DNA of 63,753 bases, filler included, from Octopus bimaculoides (GCF_001194135.2; 5 parts of 5 records of this genome joined end to end with filler, not necessarily neighbours in it); one strand, 5' to 3'; shown: positions 28,794 to 41,610, counted from the first letter of the whole stretch. Notes: generated by a model not told the origin, from the sequence alone. Numbers and translations are program-made.

Positions 28794-30022
28794 CGTGGTC
28801 TGGTCAATAAGTATCCGAACTGTTGCCATAGCAACGTAGCTAAAGATTGGTAGAGATTGACCTTGAACTCTGCTGTGCGTGCACACTAAGTTTTAACGTT
28901 CTAGCTCACTTCCGCTGTTGGAAGGAACTTGAGTAGCGTGTGAGCGTCGCATTGACCATAACAGAGGCAGTGGAGCAGCGACTCTGCATCAAATTTTACC
29001 AAAAGCTTGGTAATATCTGCTCAGAGACCTACGTAAAGTTGCAGAAAGTGTATGGAGAAGAGTGTATGAGTCGCACACAAGTGTACGAGTGGTTCAGATG
29101 TTTCCAAGATGGCCGAAAAAATGTCGATAGTGACGAACGTTCTGTGAGACCCGCAACCAGCAGAACTGAGAAAAACATTGCAGATGTGCGTGCAGCTATT
29201 AGAGGAAATCGTCGAATCACCATCTGTGAGTTATCAGAGGATGCGCAGATTAATTAAGGTTCAGTTCAGTCCATTATCACTGAAGATTTGGACATGAGAC
29301 GCGTGTCTGCCAAGTTTATGCCAAAACTGCTTTCAGCTGACCAAAAAGACACTCAGTTTTCAGTTGCACAAGATCGCCTTGATTGTGTCGAGAACGATGA
29401 AAACGTTTTAAAAATGGTCATAATGGGTGATGAATCGTGGGTCTATGGAAGACCTCAGCCTCTCCGAGACCGATGAAAGCACGAATGAGTCGAGGCAATG
29501 TGAAGACGCTGTTGACTGTTTTCTTCGACTACAAGAGGGTTGTTCATTTTGAGTATGCTCCACCTGGTCATACAGTAAACTAGGAATAACTACCAGAACG
29601 ATTTGCAGAATTTGCGGGATGCTATTCGTCGGAAAAGCCACAACTGCATGCGTTCGGTGCATGGCAATTGCTCCATAACAGCACACCTGCCCATTCACCG
29701 CAGCTTGTGCAGCAGTTTTTGGTTAGACACAGCATTCCCCAGGTACGACAGCCACCGTATTCCCCAGATCTCGCCCCTAGCGATTTTTTCCTCTTTCGAA
29801 ATATCAAATTCCACTTGAAAGGAAGATTTCAGGAGGCCAAGGAAATCAAAGTGAATGCGACGGGGCAGCTGCTGATTATCCCAGAAAACGAGTTCCAAGA
29901 ATGCTTTCATCGATGGGAACAGCGCTGGGTTAAGTGTGTAGCTTCCGAAGGGGACTACTTTGAAAAAGATTAGATGTCAAATTGGTTCGTGTTGTAGTTT
30001 TGTTTTTAATGATCAGACTACG
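28794..30022 (+). mobile_element. Near-full-length decayed mariner transposon (D,D34D-type)
   Basis: Transposase pieces EQRLCIKF..., VSAKFMPKLL, MGDESWVY, HNSTPAH, PPYSPDLAPSDFFLF...GDYFEKD*, with stops and frameshifts. Imperfect TIRs (ta|cgtggtctggtcaataag ... aatgatcagactacg|ta) and TA flanks. Confidence 0.9.
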
Positions 30023-30100
30023 TACGTACGTACATACATACATATTGATCAGACCTCATACTTACGTACATATATACATACATACTTAGGTCACAAGGTG

Positions 30101-30140
<40 letters not shown>

Positions 30141-30256
30141 NNNNNNNNNNNNNNNNNNNNNNNNNNNNNNNNNNNNNNNNNNNNNNNNNNNNNNNNNNNN
30201 NNNNNNNNNNNNNNNNNNNNNNNNNNNNNNNNNNNNNNNNNNNNNNNNNNNNNNNN

Positions 30257-30302
<46 letters not shown>

Positions 30303-30339
30303 TACACACACACGCACAAGCACACACACACGCACACAC

Positions 30340-30392
<53 letters not shown>

Positions 30393-33300
30393 GGATCGAT
30401 AGTCAGTCTGACAGATTTATATGTTGATAGACAGACAGTGTGACAGCTCAATAAACAAATGTCGTAATGGACAGAAGAGAAACCAAAGAAACAAATAAAC
30501 AACAGAGTGATCTAGGGAAAACAAGACAGGCAGGACAGGAAAACAGATTGCCATATAAGCATAAGTAGCAAATGAAATTGATAAGTAAATCAATCGACCT
30601 TACAATAAATAAAACTGTCTCTCGTGATGATACCAATCAGTAACAGTCAGCGGCCTATAACCTAATCGATATATTTTACAACATTACCTTAAATTAAACT
30701 TCGTAACATTATAAAACATGGGGGGGATGAAATAAACCTTCTTAAGTTGTTCATTTCGGAGTTGTGTATGGCATAAGCTCGTGCTTTCTGTATTTGGTAG
30801 ATAGTTGAACGTTGTAAGGAAGATAAAGCGGTCCGGTTTCGATTCTCAGCTTTCCGGTTATTTTTACTTCATATCATATTGATATTAAACATTATATCCA
30901 TCTTGGTATTTAAATCATTTGAACCTTTCACTGGAGGAGTAACTGATTTTCTGAATTGGTTTCAAATGCTGACCCAAATCAAATAATTTTATTTGACCTA
31001 ATGATGTCTTTGGGAAAAGTATATCTTCAACTATATTATCCAATGAATCTGTTATACCATAATACATCCAGGTCAACATTACCTAACGCATCATTTGATT
31101 TGAAAGAGATTTTGCTGCTACTTGGAAGTGATGACCACTTCGTCTTTTTTATATCAGAAACTACATAATTCAATGTTTCCTTTTTTTAAGAAGACAGGGT
31201 GACTTTGCAGGAGATTTGACTGTTCATTTATGCAGATGGAGCATTCATGTAATGCTTCTTTGTTGACTCTAAACTGTTAATGTCTTAAACCCTGGGAATA
31301 ACATACAGATCTAACAGTCAAAGGCTTGTGATTTCTTTCTAGTTACTCTGGAGCTGCTCTGTTAGATCAGAATTTCAATCTTTTGGTTGTCAGAGTTATA
31401 TTTTCTCTCTGTGGTTATAACCACAAAGCTATTTTATGATGACTCTGAATATATGCTTTCCTATATGGAATGTACTAATTCATATGTTCTATAACTTTTA
31501 CATAATTCTCTTTGTAGTTTCTTATATCTTTATTGGAAAGAGGTTCTAAAGTTCACTGGTTTGTATTTTGACACCGGTGATACATTTTATCACTCAAAGA
31601 CCCTTTTCCTTCAATTGTCTCGACAACTTAGCTATAAATAGGTAGTATTTCTGTTCACACATACACTCTTTACAACAGAAACACTTGGACATAAAAATCC
31701 AAAGACAATACATAATTGCAAATGTCTGTTCGCACAAACGTCTTGATTGATGTAAGTTGGTAGCGTGGTTCAATGTTGTAAGTAAGTGTAATGCTTTATG
31801 ACTGAAATTATTTTTCTAGCTTGCAGTGCTGGTTTCAAATCTTCGTTATTCAAGTATATCCTCACATGTAATATTATATGAATCAAAGTATTTCGCGGTG
31901 CTAGAACATCCTTATACATAATAGACAATACAGATTACATTTTCCTCTTAAAATATTCATAGAAAATCTCATAAATATGGTGATAACATTTTTAAAAGCA
32001 CACAATCAAGCCTATCTCTATGCACAATCTATATTATGGACACAAGTCTGAACATGAAGTTATTTGTTGAACTCAGTCTTAACTCGAAGCTCTTGCCTAG
32101 CATCCTCTCACCTCACTCGCTTTCTCTTCTATTCTTTTCTCACCTGACATCTTCTTGTCTCAGCTCACCTAACGACAGTAGTAGCAGCTAGGTTTATTGT
32201 TATGTTAAACTGATTGCAGTATGTGCTAAATGTTGTTATCAAATGTCTATCCAACCACGAAATTTGTTTTAAGTGGCAATGTCTGACAGGTTTTGCATTT
32301 ATATGTACATTGTGTATAACTGTATGTATTTTTACGTGACTTTTTTTTAAGTAGGGAGATATTCTTGTTGCTATTTAGCTCCAGGCTGGCTCTGGACCTA
32401 TGGTCAAAGGGATTCCATTTGTGACCATCCTACCTTTTTTCGGGTATAATGCACTCTCAGACCCTCCATTGTGCAAGACGGTAAAGTGCATTTTATGACG
32501 GCAAAGTGAGATTTCAGAGATATTTGACTGTTATTTCTATTCAGTCAGGTGACCAAGTAGAGGCTCTATAACGAGAGGGAGAGTAAATGAAAGAGAGAAA
32601 AAATGTTAACAGAATTGCTGTTAAACGGAAGTGAGTCAATCAATATATGAAATTTGTGTCTTTACGTATCTTTATCAACGTCTACATAAGCGTATGCGCT
32701 TTATATGTACTGTGGATGTGAGAAAGAAAGAGAAAAGAGAGAAAGGTGGATAATAGAAAATGAGTGGAGAAAGCGAAGGAGAATTCTAAGCTAGATTTGA
32801 GGAATTGGATCATCAACTCCACACTGCAAAACCTAAACGCATCCCGTGTTGTCAGGTCTCTCAGATACTGTCCAGCCATCACGATGATAAGAAAAGTACT
32901 TAACATAAAATACATATAAATCTTAGCTCTCGTCCATTATTGATACATCTATTTAGCTACTACATCATCCAGCTATCTACACTAAATAGTTTCCATTCAC
33001 ACACCCACACAAACACACACACTTACATGCATACATACATGCACATACGCACAAACAAACATACACGTACATATATATCCATACACGCATACACATACTT
33101 AATCCTGTTCAAAAACAAGTTTGTATATCAATCAAGCAACGCATCCGGGATTTTGCTCTCTCAAAATCTTCTCCTCGCCTTAACGACAATGATACAAATA
33201 GTGCTACTGCTACGACTACCACACTCAATACTATAGATACTAACACTACTACTACTATAAGCATGACTAGTATAAAACAGCAGTATTAAAATATTAAACC

Positions 33301-33764
33301 TCATGTTTCCTTTAAAATTACAACGGAGAAAAAAAACTTGGCTATTAACTGGTCTGGTCCTCATTGTCTAAGCAACCAGCTATTCCAGATTTATGAAGGG
33401 TTTCTAGTTCAAACTTTCAGCAGGATCTGACGGACTCTTGAGAATCACAATTCATATAGCTGGGACCAAATTGTCAAAACTACATATTCGTCTAATCATT
33501 GTAGATACCAACAGCCATCCCGCCGGTTTAAACTAAATTACTACTACTATATTACTACTACCACTACTGCTACTACTACTACTAATACTACTACTTCTGC
33601 TACTACTACTTAATCTTATTCTACTGCTGCCAGTTTGGTGTTGTTAATTTTATTACTTTACGCACGTTGTATGGAAGTGTTAATTTTCTGGAATAGCACA
33701 GTATTGAAATATATTCATCGGCTCCTGCGGACTTTTTCTTAACAGCAACAACAACAACAACAGT

Positions 33765-33846
<82 letters not shown>

Positions 33847-33948
33847 GTTACTTTAGTTAGCTCGTGGTAATTGTTGCGAGAGTTAATAAGATAAAAGCAC
33901 AATGCCATGATTGCTCACACATTCTTAACATAGATCAAACACATCTAT

Positions 33949-33995
<47 letters not shown>

Positions 33996-34197
33996 CATGT
34001 ATATTTTCATGTGTGTCTATATATGAATTTCCACGGACGTTCTTACATGAATATATTTTTAGGAACATAGCCCTTAGCCAACAACTGCAAAATCCTTCGT
34101 TGCACGGTGAAACCAAAAACGTAGAAGCAGAGAAGCAACAAAAGCAAAGACCCCTGTTTCCATTGCCACCACCACCACAACCACAACAACAATAACA

Positions 34198-34440
34198 ATG
34201 ACAACAACAACAATAATGACAACAAGGATACCAAGTACAACAGTAAAGACGATGGTTAACGTAACAAATTTCCATGATTCAGTGAAAACGTTTTGCCCAC
34301 TGATTAAATATCATGTTACGGATGAAGGCGAAGTACATGTTCCGTGGTTTTTTGGTGCCCTTATCCTTGGAATATTTTTAGGGGGCATCTTTGCTATAAT
34401 TCTAGCTCGACAGTACAAAAGTAAACTGCATTGGAAAAAG
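34198..34440 (+). CDS. Exon of a single-pass membrane protein (Thr-rich stalk + TM helix); 5' boundary uncertain
   Basis: Reads MTTTTIMTTRIPSTTVKTMVNVTNFHDSVKTFCPLIKYHVTDEGEVHVPWFFGALILGIFLGGIFAIILARQYKSKLHWKK. It has a 23-residue hydrophobic helix with GxxxG followed by basic residues, and ends at a phase-0 donor AAG|gtaggt. In-frame stops lie upstream at 34075 and 34108. Confidence 0.7.
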
Positions 34441-34506
34441 GTAGGTCCCTTTCTACTTTTGGATAACGCTTTAATAACTTGTTTTTGTAGTTATTCACAT
34501 TGTACG

Positions 34507-34554
<48 letters not shown>

Positions 34555-34556
34555 TA

Positions 34557-35807
34557 TTGGGTCATCCCATAAATAATGCGGTTTTTTTATACTTCTATTA
34601 TTTTTCAGAATTAAGATAATCAAAATTCTTTTTTAATCTAAAATATATTCTCCTTCATTTTCTACAATGCTCTTCCACCTATCCGGTAGACTTGCCAAGC
34701 CCCTCTTCCAAAATTCACTCGTCTGTAACGAAAAATACTCCTCCAGAACTGTTCTGATCTCGTCTACAGAATTCATATTTTTTCCGTCCAAATGATTTTG
34801 AAGACTACAGAATAAATGATAATCAGAAGGCGAAATGTCTGGCGAATATGATGGGAGAGGCATCGTTTCCCATTTAAAATGCTCCAGCCTTTAGAATGTC
34901 GTCCTCACTGAATGTGGCCCAGCATTATCCTGATGGAAGAACACCTTTCGTCTTGTAACCAAAGATGGTCTTTTTTCTTCTAGCGCTTATTGAAGCCGCT
35001 CAAGCTGCTAGCAGTAGATCTGTTTTGTTATTCTTTGGTTTGGGTTTAAAAGTTCAAAGTGGACTAAACCTTTCATAACCCACCAAACAGATAACAACAC
35101 TTTACGTGGGTGAAGACCTTCTTGAGCCTGGAGTACCGGTGTTTCTCCTTTCTCTAACCATAGTCTTAGGTGCTTGACATTTTTATAGAGAATCCATTTC
35201 TTGTCACCAGTCATTATTCGGTCCAAAAAAGGTTCATTCGTGAGACGTGACAGCAAAGAAGAGCACACATTCACTCTCTGCGTGCGATTAGACTCGGAAA
35301 GTTTATAAGGAACCCATTAACCGAATTTGTTGACTTTTCCGAGGGCACGCAGGTGTCGATGAATGGTTGAATGACCCAATCCAAGCTTCTCTGCTAGTTC
35401 CTCAACAATTATGATGGTATTTTGTTCTACCAGAGTTTGCAGAACGTCCTCATCGGACTCTGCAGATCTTTCAGGACAAGGCTCGTCTTCTAAGCTGTAG
35501 TTTCCGGCTCGGAAATATAGAACCACCGTTGACACTGATTTACGCTTATTGTCCGATTCCCATATACTGCATTAATATTTCTCGCACTTTCCGTTGCATT
35601 GTTGCCTTTATTGAACTCATAGAGCAAAATATGCTTCTTTGTCACTTTCATTATAGCTTTGAAAAAATGACACTTAAAATCGAACTGCACTCTTCAAGAC
35701 TTGCACTAAGAATAAGTCCAAGGTAATATTACTACTTGTTTTTATAGCAAGTTGATCCAGGTAGTTTATCCCGCCACTCTCCCACTTTTATTTATTGGAT
35801 GACCCAA
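34557..35807 (-). mobile_element. Near-full-length decayed mariner (Hsmar1/cecropia-like), intronic
   Basis: TIRs ta|ttgggtcatcccataaataa ... tttattggatgacccaa|ta. Transposase pieces HILLYEFNKGNNA, WVPYKL, RIMTGDKKWILY, FHQDNA, YSPDISPSDYHLF...GEYILD*, broken by stops and frameshifts. Confidence 0.92.
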
Positions 35808-36080
35808 TATATATATAAACTGGCACTGCGTCGGTTATGACGACGAGGGTTCCATTTGATCCTATCAGCGGAACAGCTTGCTCGTGAAATTAGCGTGCAA
35901 GTGGTTGAGCACTCTACGCACATGCATACCCTTAACATAGTTTTCAGTGACATTCAGCGTGACACAGATTGTAACAAAACCGGCCCATTTGAATTACAGG
36001 TACATAGCCACCTTCGTTATTATATATGTGTGTGTGTGTGTGTGTGTGTNNNNNNNNNNNNNNNNNNNNNNNNNNNNATA

Positions 36081-36128
<48 letters not shown>

Positions 36129-36439
36129 ATATATACATACATGTATATATGTATATACATACTTTTTTCATGTATATATGTGTATATGTGTGAGTGTGTC
36201 TATGTGTGTAAGTGTTTGTTTGTGTGTGTGGGTATGTGTGTGTGTGCGTGCGTGTGTGGGTGTGTGTGTGTGTGTGTATGAATATATAAATATATTATTT
36301 ACAGAAAATTAATTATATGGCCGATCAGAGAGTGACCAATGGTTTCGCGGCAATAAAGCACTTAGACTAATAGACAACACGTCAAACTCGTTGTGGACAT
36401 ATAACTTCTCTTCAAACCTGAGATAGAAAACAGATAAAC

Positions 36440-36990
36440 CCAGTTAATTACTAAACAAAAGAATATTATATATTGTCTGGACCTTAAACAGGGCGAGTTT
36501 TCGGCCTTAGATCTGTCTGGTCAGCAAATTTTTCTGGCCCTAACCGACGAACGAGGAATCTCTTTCCTCAGTTTGTTTCCAGTCCACAAAATATTTTTTA
36601 AAGCCCTAATCAACGAACGGGAAATCTCACGCCTGCAGAAGGTAGTGTTTAAAATGCGGACAAGGGCTATAGATCTCATTTCTGAAGTTTAAAGGGTCTC
36701 CGATTCGAGCGAGTCTTTAAGGATCCTTGCCTGCTCTGCTATGCAAAGCTTACATCGTCCGCTCCCGTTTATATAGGACCCCGGTTGCTCTATGAGCCTC
36801 CATTTAATTCAGTATGGAGTTCTTTCATCTCTAAGGCGTCACACGTGGCTGGTCAGGGACATGACGTAATGTATATCCGGAATCCTGGTTGCACAGGCGT
36901 CGCTTAAAGGCAGTTCCGACTGAACTGATGTATCTCTAAACTTGAGTGCTGGTTAGGTTATGACATTCTGGTGTTTCTTCCGTTGGCCAC
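36440..36990 (-). mobile_element. Penelope-like element, GIY-YIG endonuclease C-terminal fragment
   Basis: Frameshifted translation YISSVGTAFKRRL...SHVWRLRDERTPY*IKWRLIEQPGSYINGSGRCKLCIAEQ...LNFRNEIYSPCPH matches the Penelope GIY-YIG end pattern. Confidence 0.75.
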
Positions 36991-37245
36991 AAGCTTGATA
37001 TTGTTGCTGTTGTTGTCGCTGCCGTCGGTGCTGTTATCACAGGGTGTATTTCCGCTGGCACGCGTAGAATTGCCTGTGACTGCGAAGTCTCGACCAAATA
37101 GGCCAGCATTGGACAGATGATGGCATAGCTGGCCGAAACTTCGAAGTCATTGTCATTACTATTCTTGTTAAAGAATAATAAATGTGTACACTACCAACTG
37201 CATTGAGCAATCCTGTTTTAATTTTAACATAAAAACAAACACTAA

Positions 37246-37285
<40 letters not shown>

Positions 37286-37305
37286 TAGATATACATATAT
37301 CTGTA

Positions 37306-37341
<36 letters not shown>

Positions 37342-37379
37342 TGTATGTATCATAAAGCTGGGGAACAACAACGATACTA

Positions 37380-38045
37380 ATTGTAATCTTTTCCGCTAAA
37401 AGCACAAGCCTGAAATTTTGTTGGAGGAGATAAGTCGATTACATCGACCCCAGTATTTCACTAGCACTTAATTTATCGATACTCAGAGGATGAAAAGCAA
37501 AGTCGACCTTGGCGAAATTTGAACTCAGAACGTCAAGGCTGATGAAATGCCTCTAAACATTTCGCCCGGCGTGCTAAAGATTCTTCCAGCTCACCGCATT
37601 AACAACAACAATAATAATAATAATAATAATAGCAATAATAATAATAATAATGGTTTCAAATTTTGCCACAACGGTAGCCATTTGGAGGGAGGGGATAAGT
37701 CGATTACATCGACCCCAGTGTTCAACTGGTACTTAATGTCGACCTCGGCGGAATTTTAACTCCGAACGTAGCAGTAGACGAAATACTGCTAAGCGTATCG
37801 CCCGGCGTGCTTACGATTCTGCCAGCTTGCTGCCTTAACAATAATGATAAGAAGAAAAAGAAGAAGAAGAAGAAGAAGAAGAAGAAGAAGAAGAAGAAGA
37901 AGAAGAAGAAGAATCCTTTCTATTATAAGCACAAGGCCTGGTATTTGGATGGGGTAAGAGTCTAGTCGATCACATTGACCCCAGTACTCAACTGGTACTT
38001 ATTTCATCAACTACGAAAGGATGAAAAGCAAAGGCGACTTCGACG
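37380..38045 (-). mobile_element. Three head-to-tail family A SINEs separated by (AAT)n and (AAG)n
   Basis: Three repeats of gtcgat(t/c)acat(c/t)gaccccagt...; the first two also carry gaactc..aacg and cccggcgtgct; the third is truncated. Confidence 0.85.
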
Positions 38046-38573
38046 AGCTTGGCCGAAGTGGAAAGTACCTGTCTTCAGCCCTTTCAACGGCGTCTAGCAC
38101 GCAACCTATTTTACCGTAGCCTCGATGGAGTCGGCTCACAGCCGGATCCGTCCTACACACAACAGTAGATGTTCGACATAACTTCAGCAATGCTCGAGCA
38201 CTGTACCATTGTGGATGAAGGCACTTTAATGTTCCCTGGTAGTGCCAGGCTACTAATGTCTGTAAGTTATCCATGAACCCTAACCCGAAGTCCTCCCGAG
38301 AAGAACAGCTAGTTGATTTCTATTGATGTCCAGGCCTTCCCCTTCCAGGTCGTCGCTTTAATCCTCTGTACAGTGCCAGTGTGGAACTTCCACCAGCTGC
38401 ATTGCCCGACTGGCAGAGGGCTGCGAGCTCCTAACGTCACTCATTCTTTCTCGAACTACGCTTGGTCCAGGACTGCTGCTCTGTTAAACAGACGAACTTC
38501 AGAGAAGCATGTCTAACAAACGTCGATTACACTAGTTCTCTGTCAAGGAAACAACAACAACAAAAACAATAGC

Positions 38574-38621
<48 letters not shown>

Positions 38622-38696
38622 CAATACTGAAAACAGAGCTCAATGCTAAAAACAAGATAATAGGTATTAACACTTTAGCCGTCCCAGTTATAAGTT

Positions 38697-38792
38697 GGTA
38701 GGTAGGTAGGTAGGTGGTAGGTAGGTAGGTCGCTGGTAGGTAGGTAGGTAGGTAGGTAGGTAGGTAGGTAGGTAGGTGGTAGGTAGGTAGGT
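38697..38792. repeat. (TAGG)n microsatellite
   Basis: Seen directly; contiguous with the SINE TSD. Confidence 0.95.
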
Positions 38793-38798
38793 AAAATA

Positions 38799-39031
38799 TT
38801 TATTTTTTATTGCCCACAGGGGACTAAACATAGAGGGGACAAACAAGGACATACAAAGGGATTAAGTCGATTACATCGACCCCAGTGCGTAACTGGTACT
38901 TATTTAATCGACTCCGCAAGGATGAAAGGCAAAGTCGACCTCGGCGGAATTTGAACTCAGAACGTAACGGCAGACGAAATACCGCTAAGCATTTTGCCCG
39001 GTGTGCTAACAATTCTGACAGCTCACCGCCC
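38799..39031 (-). mobile_element. Young-looking family A SINE with a 15-bp TSD
   Basis: TSD taggtaggtaaaata at 38784-38798 and 39032-39046; A-rich tail on the - strand. Confidence 0.9.
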
Positions 39032-40008
39032 TAGGTAGGTAAAATAATGAATGGCTCTGTGCTGTAGTGTCTATGTGATAACATTTTGCCTCTATTCTAA
39101 GACGTGTATCACAAGAGAAATATACTGTACGAACCCACGAGGAAACATGTAGATAGTCGTTTAACATACAAGAAATATCAGCCTCAAATCAACGTCAAAT
39201 CGCAACATAGAGACTTAAAAACGAAAAGTAGGACAAGTTCTAAAACGACAGATAGAATAGTTTTGCCAGAAATGTGTTTGATTATAGGCTGACACGAACA
39301 CAGCTGGCTGGGGAATAAGCAGCAGTATATATTTGCATATTTGGTGTGATTAGTTGAGGGAATTATCTCATTTCATTCACAATATCTTCATACTGTGGAA
39401 GAAAGAATTTGTTTTCACCTTGCAAGCAAGCTTCAATTGCATTGAGGGAAAACTCAGAAGTTAATGATCAGAAATTATTTGCCAAGAGCGTGGTACAAAC
39501 GTCTCCGGTTACGCAATAATATTATATTAGCAGTGTTGTTGCATAATTATTTCGTAAATGAGATATTAGCCTACCGATTCACATGTCTCGAAATTAAATC
39601 TACATTATACATGTCAGTGTCTCTGGGGAGATCTCGTGGTAAATGTTGTCAATACACTAGCGAACGACAGAGCCTCTACGTCGTGGCTTGATTTGCTGGA
39701 GTTTGCAACTAAATCACCCTACTGTCTTAAATAAAAGATTAAGGGCATGTTAGATAGAGACGGTAATGGTTAGAAAGCCTTTGATTATAGGTCGTCAGCT
39801 CAATCAGACTGACCTAAGGCTAAACTGCAACAATGAAGTGTTGTCTACAGGATTCATCACTTATAGACAGAGGCTATTTCTAATCATGAATTTAAAGAAA
39901 TGACCGTGTAGCCTGATGGATAAGACATTGAACAAACTATTCATAGTCCGTGAGTTCAAATCTACTCGTGTCTCATGTATGCATATGCATGTACGTGCGT
40001 ACACGTGT

Positions 40009-40084
<76 letters not shown>

Positions 40085-40423
40085 AGTGAATCAAAGAAAA
40101 ACAAACTGTGGTTCTACAGACCTATCTCGGCTTTTCCTCTCTATTCACGGTCGTCTTTAGCGTTCATGTTGCCCGGAGATCGGTGAAAGTAGGGACCAGA
40201 TGAAAGATTATGGTAGATATAATCAACTGAAACTTTTGAATGTGATACCCCAACATGGCCACTGTTTAATGATTGAAACCAGTAAGATAAAGAAAGATTA
40301 TTTTGGGATTACTTTTTGTTGTGTTGGTCACAGAGGATTCAATGACAAAAGAATATATATCATTCTTAACACTATATGATTTATGCTATGAATTGTTTAA
40401 TTTTTTCTTTCCATCTGTTTCAG

Positions 40424-40501
40424 AGAAATTCGGAAGAAGATGGTTACTTAAACGAAAGCAAGCCCCTGGTAATGAAAAGTGAAATAAATATACAGCCTCA
40501 G
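40424..40501 (+). CDS. Internal exon, cytoplasmic tail of the same membrane protein
   Basis: Acceptor ttttttctttccatctgtttcag| and donor CAG|gtagaa. The 78 nt are open only in phase 0 (RNSEEDGYLNESKPLVMKSENNIQPQ), matching the phase-0 donor at 34440. Confidence 0.65.
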
Positions 40502-41213
40502 GTAGAATCACAAACTACCATTATCCTCTAAGCTTCCAATTTAACTCATACAGCAAATTCTGGGTGTTAATGTATACATTAACCTCAGATTCAATCAATA
40601 TTTTTCGTTTCTATATGATCAATCCTATCTGTAATTAATTTATTTATATTTGCATAATTACATAATTAATTACTCACTTTTCATTTCAGTTTCAATTTAG
40701 TTTGAAATTCTTCAATACACGTTTTAAGTGATTTTGTCTGGTCTTATTCCAATCAACGTTGACACAATTAAATCACATTAAACTATTCGTGTTATTAACA
40801 GAGTTTTTCTGATTATGCCTATCAAGTTTATGAAAGTCTTCACTGTATATGTGTGTTTGTGTTTAGTACACACAAACACTCATATATACATGCATATACA
40901 CACTTGAATGCAATAACACGCGCTCCGTCACATACAAACACATGCGTTTCTCTATATATCTTACTCGAAGAAGGAAATGCAGTATTCATAATCTTCCTAT
41001 GAATTTCTGAATAGAAGGATATGTTCATCTGAGATTAAAACGGTTAATGTTCCGTGTACTTCACTAAGTGTAACATTAAGAAGTGTATTCTCCCCAAGAT
41101 TCCTTACATGAATACTAGTGTTCTTCGGTGGTCCTCCAACTTGGTTATAAAGGTGGTGGTAACGGAGGAGGTAACGTTGGTGAGAACAGTGAGAATGTAG
41201 ATAGATAGATACG

Positions 41214-41610
41214 TCTGCGGCTGTGATGGGTCTTTCATAACACTCTGCTTCTCTTGCCAAGAGTCGTGGCAGGCCATGCAGGTAGGCGCTAAAGTTCACC
41301 CTACTTTCACCCTCCGAACAGTCGGGCAAAGTGCTGATGAAAGGCCTCACGCATCCTTTCGGGCTCGAGTAATTCGCGCCCCTGTTCATCTGTCAGAAAC
41401 CTAATGGTGGCTTTGTTCCCTCGTTGTGCCTCCGCCACTCGGACCTCTCGGGTGGCTCCAATTCCTTCGTTTCTCAAAGCATGCATCCAAGCTCTGACAA
41501 CGCATCCATCGTGTTGGCGTTGAAGCGTTGGTCGAGGGCCAACCCACCTGCCAGCACGTTGGACGCGATGCCACTTCTATGTGCCTCTTCTGAACTAGGT
41601 CTTCCTCTAT
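41214..41610 (-). mobile_element. L1/Tx1-like ORF2 internal fragment (EN-RT linker)
   Basis: GNKATIRFLTDEQGRELLEPERMREAFHQHFARLF...VNFSAYLHGLPRLLAREAECYERPITAAD; overlaps the 52801 and 59600 pieces in sequence. Confidence 0.8.

Noticed and set aside
30900-31660. Faint CR1-like RT traces (KSP..PCLLKK) on the - strand; similar traces at 19040-19260
   Set aside because: Too degraded to call without a profile search.
37380-38045. Repeat-spacer-like periodicity suggesting a CRISPR array
   Set aside because: Units are about 200-bp SINEs separated by microsatellites in a eukaryotic genome; no cas genes.
38050-38520. GC-richer block with an 87-aa - strand ORF
   Set aside because: Stop-interrupted and truncates a SINE; probably a TE relic, but I could not assign a family.
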